A DNA stretch of 38,691 nt, taken from a virus. The position numbers were made by a program, and so were the translations under genes. Of the stretch, positions 32,645 through 38,691 are shown piece after piece. The notes beneath the pieces were generated by a model. It saw only the letters and a program-made list of their open reading frames with translations, made no database searches and was not told the DNA's origin. Position 1 is the first letter of the stretch. The number at the start of each line of letters is the position of its first letter. The DNA is taken from the IMG/VR virus record IMGVR_UViG_3300026902_000002. One strand, given 5' to 3'.

Positions 32645-33448
32645 TTAGTATACCCGGCCTTCCCGATACGCCAACGCTATTTCGTCCTGATTGGCCTCGT
32701 ACTTTGCCGGATCTGTGATTTGCATTCTGATTAAACTCTGCCGACTAAATCGCTTCTTCGTTGTTTCTCCAGCTCCACCTACGTCAACTGAGGCTGCACG
32801 TATTGCAGAAGATCGAGATTCTCTATCTGCCTCACTTGTATCCGCTCTGCTGCTATTTGCGGCAACCTTTCTCAATTGCTTGAATGTGGAAAACAGTTCG
32901 TTCCCTGCGTCGAGGTCATAATCGACGGCCTGTTTGTACAAGGCTGTTCGGATCTTGCTTGCTGTAACCCACTCATTGAATGCAGGGTCGTTTACTATCT
33001 GACCTGCGTCTGGATGAAGTTCGTCAAATTCCCGCTTGATTTGTGCTCTCTGTGCAAGCAGTGCGTATTCTTGCGTGGCTTTGACGATTGGATTACTTTC
33101 AATAGATCTACGAACAGCCTCTTCTGGGTTATCAAAAAAGTCCAACTTATCGTCAGGTTCTTTTTCAGGCGGTTGTGAAATTTGTGATTTTATTAACTGG
33201 TCTGCCAGCTTCCTAACTTCTCCCACCTCTTGAGCGTGCCTACTGGCGAGTCTTTCCGCCTCTTGGTGCATCTTGATGACGTCTTGGATTGCTTTACCTT
33301 TGTATTTCTCAGGTACGTCATCTACAGGTGGAGCTTCTGGCGTAATAACGGGTTCGCTTGGTTGTAGTTGGTTATCAACTGCCTCGGATTCGTCACCAGC
33401 TTCATAAAGATCATCTACTATTTCAACCACTTTCGTTCTCCTGCCCAT
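32645..33448 (-). CDS. Scaffolding protein (267 aa, acidic, helical)
   Basis: Position between the portal and capsid genes; E/D/K/Q-rich. Confidence 0.65.
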   Translation of the reverse strand: MGRRTKVVEIVDDLYEAGDESEAVDNQLQPSEPVITPEAPPVDDVPEKYKGKAIQDVIKMHQEAERLASRHAQEVGEVRKLADQLIKSQISQPPEKEPDDKLDFFDNPEEAVRRSIESNPIVKATQEYALLAQRAQIKREFDELHPDAGQIVNDPAFNEWVTASKIRTALYKQAVDYDLDAGNELFSTFKQLRKVAANSSRADTSEADRESRSSAIRAASVDVGGAGETTKKRFSRQSLIRMQITDPAKYEANQDEIALAYREGRVY

Positions 33449-33537
33449 CTTGGGTTATAGGAATTTAAATAATCCTCCGGCCAAATGGCTTATGGAGGAG
33501 ATGTTATTCTTCTACCACTATACTACGCGATTGTCAA

Positions 33538-33786
33538 CTACTCATTGGCACCTTCCCTTTGTCGTTTCGCAGCGTTCCGCCTTGCGTGCTTTTCTCGAAT
33601 CGTTGCCCACTTATCATGGGCCGATGGAAAGTGTCCGGATGTTCCATCAAGTCGTATTGTGGGAGTAGATATAATTCGCATCGCCTTTCCTCCGCACTCG
33701 CAATCAACCACCTTCTCCTTGTGATTGATGAACTTCTCTTTCACTGTTCCACAAGACTTACATGCAAAATCAAGCATTATCCTCAT
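33538..33786 (-). CDS. 82-aa FmdB-like zinc-ribbon protein (CKSCG ... CECGG)
   Basis: ORF 33538..33807 trimmed to the ATG that follows GAGGAA. Confidence 0.55.
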   Translation of the reverse strand: MRIMLDFACKSCGTVKEKFINHKEKVVDCECGGKAMRIISTPTIRLDGTSGHFPSAHDKWATIREKHARRNAAKRQREGANE

Positions 33787-33790
33787 TTCC

Positions 33791-34039
33791 CTATTCCTCT
33801 GGCTCATCCTTGGGCGTAGTCAATTCATCGAATACTGCCTCACTTAGATCCTTTAGCGACAACATCCAACGTAGCACACTCATTTCACCTTGTTTGAACG
33901 TAAGTGTGTCCACGGTCACTCCATCCAATCGGTTAGTCGCATCTGCGGCTTTCTGAAGATCTTCCATCAGGTCTTTCCAGCCTTTTGTCTCAAACATTTT
34001 GAATCGCTCGATATAATAGTCCTCAAGTTCCTTATTCAT
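33791..34039 (-). CDS. 82-aa acidic late protein, unknown function
   Basis: ORF track; overlaps the portal stop. Confidence 0.6.
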   Translation of the reverse strand: MNKELEDYYIERFKMFETKGWKDLMEDLQKAADATNRLDGVTVDTLTFKQGEMSVLRWMLSLKDLSEAVFDELTTPKDEPEE

Positions 34040-36020
34040 TTGGTTGTCCCTTATTCATACTGGAAAGTAGTTGGTTTTCTGAAATATCGCGTGTGTTATC
34101 AATGGCTTTTTCCTCAAGCATTAATTTGGATATCTTGTATCGTCTGTCAAAGTCTTTGTCCTCTTCACCGTTTTGAAGATTTGTTGATAGTGCCGCAATC
34201 AACTTGGCTTTTGCGATTGATGGTGCGTCGATCGTATCCTGCTCAATATTCTTTATCTCCGCTGCAATTTTCGCAATCTTCGCTTCATTTAACGCTGCCT
34301 CTCCCTGCGCTTTCTGTTGCTCCGCCTGCGCCGTTGCCGGGTCAGGCTTCATTGCTTCGCCCAATTGGGCAATTAGCTCCTCCCGCTGAGGGTGTGAGGA
34401 ATTATGCAATATGCCTTTCATTAATACTGGGGTGAGTGGGGATTGCGCACCAAGTGTCTGAATCAGGAATGCTATCTGCTTTTGTTCATGTTCTCTTGCA
34501 ATTATCCCAAGCGTACCTGTAGGAATAAACGTAACGTCTACCGATGGATACCGCTCTGCGTCATATTGCATCCGTCTCCAGATCGACTTATTAATAAACG
34601 GAATCAAGAAGTCTTCCTGAAAGTTAACGAGTACTCGTTTGTATTTCTTGATCATGGTAGCTGTAGCCATATCCATATCGCCATCTCTGGACACCTGTGA
34701 AGGTGAACCTGCGGAGTCAATTGTGCCAGTGGCCATGAGTAGCATTCTCTCAAATTCCTTACTCGCGACCAGCGCATTATTGTCCGTTACGCCAAGGTCT
34801 ATTCTTTTTATAATTTCATCGGCTGGGCCAGTGGTAAAAAACGTGTTACCTGGGTATGCCTCAAATGTCTTTCCTCTTGGGAACCTTGTTGAGTCGATGC
34901 CGAACATTGGCGCATTGGTCAAAGCAAGCGAGTCCAAATGTGAGCGCATTGACCCATCTATTCCCGACTGCATATTAAATGCTTTCTCAACTGTCCCTCT
35001 GCCCAAGATCCGATTTGGTACGGTATCGGATTGCGCAGTAAGGACCGGCCGGTCCTTCATCATATAGGGCGATTCTTCACGCTTCAGCAATAACCCACCA
35101 TTGGCAATAACCACAATTGCCTCGACCATATCGGAATAGTCGTCCGAATCGGCAACATCCCCCTCACCGTTCGTCAGATACTCTCTTGGCACAAGACCGT
35201 AGTATGTGAGCAAAAGCCCTTTATTCTTATCAAAGGCTACGGCTTCTACCAACTCCTCCTTCTCGCTCTGGGAGTAAGTCGCCTCAATATCTACGTTTAG
35301 ATACTTTCCGTTTTTTATTCCCTGTTTAATGGTGTGGATGGACACGTACTTCTCTATCGCGCACCCAAGACAGTTGTTGATCTCAGTACCATTCGGGTCA
35401 AATAGGAAATTCTTAGGGCTTACTGGGTTGAGTTTAACAAACGTCCTTTTCCCCGGTGTTGTGCCATGTGCAAACTTGTCATTGCCTAATGGGATTTCCA
35501 TCGGCGTATAAATATCTTCCTCCCCAATTACTATTTCGCCAATCATTGTTCCATATATTTCACCCATCAGGGTGATCTGATCAAACGATTTGCGAATTTT
35601 GTCCCGCTTAAAGTCCTCTGCCAGCAGCGCCTTAATCTTGGCTACATCCATGGGGCCATTCTGATCTTCGATATCGTCAACAATATCGAAAAACTCACCT
35701 TGGCCAAAAATAGCTTCCATTATTTCAGCATGTCTTGTTTCCACGGCCTGTTGTGTGGCAGGTGATATTATCCTACTGCGTTCACTTTTGCGTAACTTGT
35801 CAGAAGCACTCCATTCTCCTCGCCAAATTCGCTCATACTTCAGCCAGTTATCTAAATAGTTGGCGTTCCTATATTCCCGCCATGAATCAGTCTGTTCCAA
35901 AACAAACGACACCAGCTTTTCATCGCCATCCGTCAGTTTGTAAAACTTACTAACTACTTCGTCTTGATCAACGTCGTCAAGTATCTGAGGGTCATTGCGA
36001 TTGATTACAATATCTACCAT
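34032..36020 (-). CDS. Portal protein (662 aa)
   Basis: Size, and position directly after the large terminase and before the scaffold and capsid genes. Confidence 0.75.
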   Translation of the reverse strand: MVDIVINRNDPQILDDVDQDEVVSKFYKLTDGDEKLVSFVLEQTDSWREYRNANYLDNWLKYERIWRGEWSASDKLRKSERSRIISPATQQAVETRHAEIMEAIFGQGEFFDIVDDIEDQNGPMDVAKIKALLAEDFKRDKIRKSFDQITLMGEIYGTMIGEIVIGEEDIYTPMEIPLGNDKFAHGTTPGKRTFVKLNPVSPKNFLFDPNGTEINNCLGCAIEKYVSIHTIKQGIKNGKYLNVDIEATYSQSEKEELVEAVAFDKNKGLLLTYYGLVPREYLTNGEGDVADSDDYSDMVEAIVVIANGGLLLKREESPYMMKDRPVLTAQSDTVPNRILGRGTVEKAFNMQSGIDGSMRSHLDSLALTNAPMFGIDSTRFPRGKTFEAYPGNTFFTTGPADEIIKRIDLGVTDNNALVASKEFERMLLMATGTIDSAGSPSQVSRDGDMDMATATMIKKYKRVLVNFQEDFLIPFINKSIWRRMQYDAERYPSVDVTFIPTGTLGIIAREHEQKQIAFLIQTLGAQSPLTPVLMKGILHNSSHPQREELIAQLGEAMKPDPATAQAEQQKAQGEAALNEAKIAKIAAEIKNIEQDTIDAPSIAKAKLIAALSTNLQNGEEDKDFDRRYKISKLMLEEKAIDNTRDISENQLLSSMNKGQPNE

Positions 36021-36057
36021 TGGTTATCGCCCTACTTTGAAAATACGTTAAATTGGA

Positions 36058-37326
36058 CTAAAATCCACATATTTCATCCATCACTATGTAGTTGTAGTCA
36101 TCGTTATTGCGATTTCCGCCATATGGGACGGTAACCAGGTGCGCAATCATTGATAAGGAATCCAAAAGGTCATCGTGAGTACGAGGTGATGGGAATGCGA
36201 TCATTTCTCGTCTGAACTGATCCCAATTCTCATTCACGTTGAACTCTATTCGACCATGCTCCATCATCCCCTGAAGCGCGTATGATATCCTATTGATCTT
36301 TGATGAGCCGCTTGTTGAAATTGGCTTGATATTTGGGTAAACCATGTTGTTCTTGCGCATCAAGTCTGTGAAGTAGGGAAGAAACGCCCTTGCCAACGAT
36401 CCACGCTCTATTCCAATACTCAGTGGCTTAAATGTACGGATTGCCATCATCACGCGAACGGACGCTTCCCTGACGTCCCACCGACCATAATCTATCTTAT
36501 GTACCCACCATTTGCCAGTAGGGGTAACTTTTACTATCGCAATTGCAAAATTATCAAGATGCTTTTTCTTTTTCGGGTCAATTACGCTTTCAAATCCCGC
36601 TGGGTCAATAGTTATGTAATAATCCCCTTCTATTGGGTCAGGGCCATGCTTAAACCATTCCATCTTTAATAAATTGGCCCCGGATGTAAACCTGTTGGCC
36701 ATATATTCTTGCTCAAATACCGCTGTAGATAGGGTGCGTTTGGCAGTCTCTATTTCATCTCGATCGATCGTTTCATTGTCATAGGTGGTCAATAGCGTAG
36801 CAGTCCAGTCCTTGTCCACTCCACTTTCGGCATAATCGAACAAGTCATTGAACTGGTTGTCACCTGGTTCAGGTGTTCCAATAAACATTGCCCCACCCTT
36901 CATATCCGTAAGCGCAGGGCGTATTACCATAGGCCAAACATCAGGCTTGAAATCTTTTATTTCATCGAGAACAACAAAGTACAGCTTTAATCCACGTAGG
37001 TTATCCGGCTTATCCGCACCAGCGACATAGATAGTCACCCCATTGATCAGTGTCACTTCCATGTGGGTGTTACTTACTGATCGAATAATCGACTTTCCTT
37101 GTTCGAGTATGGCGTTCCATGCCAAACGTCTAGCCATGGCTTGTGTGGGCGCAACATAGGCTACGCCAGCCGTCTTATCTGGGCACTCTATGCCCTTTAT
37201 CAAAGCCTTCTTAATAGCCCCGCTGGTCTTACCGCACCGTCTGCCCGCCATGATTACAGAAAACCGAGGGTTCTTCTTGAACTCCTTCATTTGCCAGTTG
37301 AGTAATTCAAACCTCAAATCGGCCAT
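36058..37326 (-). CDS. terL: Terminase large subunit (422 aa)
   Basis: Walker A MAGRRCGKTS, Walker B YFVVLDEIKD, and a C-terminal nuclease-type ITIDPAG. Confidence 0.9.
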   Translation of the reverse strand: MADLRFELLNWQMKEFKKNPRFSVIMAGRRCGKTSGAIKKALIKGIECPDKTAGVAYVAPTQAMARRLAWNAILEQGKSIIRSVSNTHMEVTLINGVTIYVAGADKPDNLRGLKLYFVVLDEIKDFKPDVWPMVIRPALTDMKGGAMFIGTPEPGDNQFNDLFDYAESGVDKDWTATLLTTYDNETIDRDEIETAKRTLSTAVFEQEYMANRFTSGANLLKMEWFKHGPDPIEGDYYITIDPAGFESVIDPKKKKHLDNFAIAIVKVTPTGKWWVHKIDYGRWDVREASVRVMMAIRTFKPLSIGIERGSLARAFLPYFTDLMRKNNMVYPNIKPISTSGSSKINRISYALQGMMEHGRIEFNVNENWDQFRREMIAFPSPRTHDDLLDSLSMIAHLVTVPYGGNRNNDDYNYIVMDEICGF

Positions 37327-37859
37327 CAGTCATTTCCAATTAAGAATGGGTCATCGTTATCAATTGTTAGCCCTGTATTGGCTTTCGGAGTAATGCCATC
37401 AATGAATATATTGACCTGCTTGTCCGACGTATTGGCAACTTCCCGCTTATCCCCATAGGTGTCTCTATCCCACACACCAAGAAGCCATTTGCGGGTGTCG
37501 AGTTGCAGTTTGGAGCGGTACACATCCTTATCAACGTCGTCTGCAATGCGCAGCATCTCGTCTTCCACACAGTGGGCGCCAATCTTCTTGGCCGCCTTGT
37601 ATGTCTTACTTCGGGCATCGTCGTTGTGAACCCAACGTCTAAATCCAGTGATATCGAGGTTTGTTTCTCTTTCGGCAATTTCACGGAGTAGTTCAGAAAG
37701 CGGTCTTCCTGATTCTAGTTGGGGAAGGATACGGGTGAAGATTATATCGTAGTTGTATTCTCTTGATTCGCGTGCGTCCTTTGCTGACATCATAGGCTGC
37801 GGCTGTGCCGATTCAGCATCCGTCATTTCCGATATGATGGTCATATCCGACTTTAACAT
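37326..37859 (-). CDS. terS: Terminase small subunit (177 aa)
   Basis: Directly upstream of, and overlapping, terL. Motif SKLQLDTRKWLLGVWDRDTYGDK is typical of small-terminase families. Confidence 0.7.
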   Translation of the reverse strand: MLKSDMTIISEMTDAESAQPQPMMSAKDARESREYNYDIIFTRILPQLESGRPLSELLREIAERETNLDITGFRRWVHNDDARSKTYKAAKKIGAHCVEDEMLRIADDVDKDVYRSKLQLDTRKWLLGVWDRDTYGDKREVANTSDKQVNIFIDGITPKANTGLTIDNDDPFLIGND

Positions 37860-37948
37860 TTACTACGTCTCTAGTTGGGCAATGATTTGGCGAACGTAAA
37901 ACTAATAACATAGTCGGAAGGTTTAGTCAACCCTCATTGGCATATTCC

Positions 37949-38164
37949 CTAAAATTTCACTGTGGGGCGGTACTTTCCAATAAAGCCCATATTCTTACCA
38001 CACTTCTCACAAATGGCATCGCAGGCTTGGGTCTCAATTAGTCTACCATCGTGCTTACACTTGGCTCGCGTTGCAGCGGAGCCTATAGCTACTGCCCCAC
38101 CTAGTACAACCAGGGCGATCACAATTGCAAGGGTTAACACATCACTGATTGTCCAGACGAACAT
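37949..38164 (-). CDS. 71-aa membrane-anchored Cys4 protein (first gene of the late strand)
   Basis: ORF track; N-terminal TM LTLAIVIALVVLGGAVAIG, then CKHDG...CDAICEKCG. Confidence 0.55.
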   Translation of the reverse strand: MFVWTISDVLTLAIVIALVVLGGAVAIGSAATRAKCKHDGRLIETQACDAICEKCGKNMGFIGKYRPTVKF

Positions 38165-38261
38165 ATGTCACCTATTTAATGTAAAGTTACTGCTAATTTC
38201 AAAAAAGCTGTGCTAGATTTTCTGGTGGTGGTACTACAAGTGTGACACTCTATCGACGAGT

Positions 38262-38401
38262 CTCCCCCCCCCCTGTGCGCCGGTCCGGTCGGTGGCTGGC
38301 CGGGTGTCGCGGGCAGTGCGCGGTTGAGCGCGGCGCGTGCCTCCTGGTGCAGTGTGGTGCGTGTGGTGCGGTGGTGCTGTGGTGCTGTGGTGCGGCGGTG
38401 C
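38262..38401. other. GC-rich island: a C10 run, a GC-rich core, then an 8-bp periodic array of TGGTGC motifs. Flanked by TGTGACAC at 38241-38248 and 38402-38409.
   Basis: Direct reading. The composition contrasts sharply with the rest of the window. Confidence 0.85.
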
Positions 38402-38458
38402 TGTGACACACGATATGCGATCAATAATAATTTGGGATTTTCGGGATTTTAAGATAGT

Positions 38459-38691
38459 CATTCGCTCATTCGTTCAGTCATTCAATCGCTCAGTCATTCG
38501 CTCATTCGTTCAGTCATTCAATCGCTCATTCGTTCAGTCATTCAATCGCTCAGTCATTCAGTCATTCAGTCATTCAATCGCTCATTCGTTCAGTCATTCA
38601 ATCGCTCATTCGTTCAGTCATTCAATCGCTCATTCGTTCAGTCATTCAATCGCTCATTCGTTCAGTCATTCAATCGCTCATTCGTTCAGTC
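38459..38691. repeat. Tandem array, right part: variant 8-, 16-, 24- and 28-nt modules followed by 4 perfect 24-bp units and 10 nt
   Basis: Direct reading; AGTCATTC x3 at 38552-38575; 38586-38691 equals 1-106. Confidence 0.95.

Noticed and set aside
33473-33540. Possible late promoter (TTGACA on the minus strand at 33531-33536) and a TCCTCC/GGAGGA hairpin (33473-33499) upstream of the scaffold gene
   Set aside because: No acceptable -10 hexamer lies at 16-18 nt (best is TAGAAG). The GGAGGA is 25 nt from the scaffold ATG, too far to be its SD. This is suggestive but not supportable as a feature without transcript data.
38176-38461. Minus-strand ORFs 38176..38424 and 38234..38461, and a plus-strand GTG-initiated 46-codon Cys-rich frame, across the GC island
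   Set aside because: The frames are open only because of GC richness and short repeats (HHRTT, APPHH). They have no SD and are low-complexity. I report the island as a non-coding anomaly instead.

Overview
The window reads as one essentially complete tailed-phage genome of about 38.6 kb, podovirus-like and probably from a Gram-negative host. It was opened inside a tandem-repeat array: bases 1-106 are identical to 38586-38691, which implies either a circular assembly or a direct terminal repeat. Layout: (1) A non-coding control region of about 1.1 kb spans the junction (38165-38691 plus 1-744). It holds a (TCNN)n/24-bp tandem array, 15 copies of a 9-bp iteron TGTGACAGA (direct and inverted), helically phased T-tracts, and a 140-bp GC-rich island. 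(2) A rightward early operon (745-8710) carries about 30 small ORFs, mostly of unknown function. Recognisable members are a DnaN-like two-domain protein, a very acidic protein, two adjacent solenoid-repeat proteins (one a classic pentapeptide-repeat protein), a phage Dam-family N6-adenine methyltransferase, a minimal RNA ligase and several Cys4 zinc-ribbon proteins. (3) The replication module has a leftward PrimPol/DUF3987-type primase-helicase (8738-11212). It diverges from a rightward block of RHH regulator, DUF2800-like Cas4-type nuclease, DUF2815-like SSB, DNA polymerase and SNF2 helicase (11305-17325). (4) The leftward late operon (38164 down to 17328) encodes TerS, TerL, portal, scaffold, major capsid, three large internal virion proteins, T7 gp11/gp12-like tail tube proteins and a tail fibre. 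A VRR-NUC nuclease and a holin/endolysin cassette are embedded among the tail genes, followed by a tailspike-like protein. I found no integrase, repressor, phage RNA polymerase, tRNA, CRISPR or reverse transcriptase. The most unusual signals are: (a) four early-region gene cassettes, each bracketed by a direct repeat that duplicates the 3' end of the upstream gene; (b) the multi-iteron control region and GC island; (c) the paired solenoid-repeat proteins, with a perfect 120-bp in-frame duplication. All functional calls come from motifs read by eye; no database search was run.
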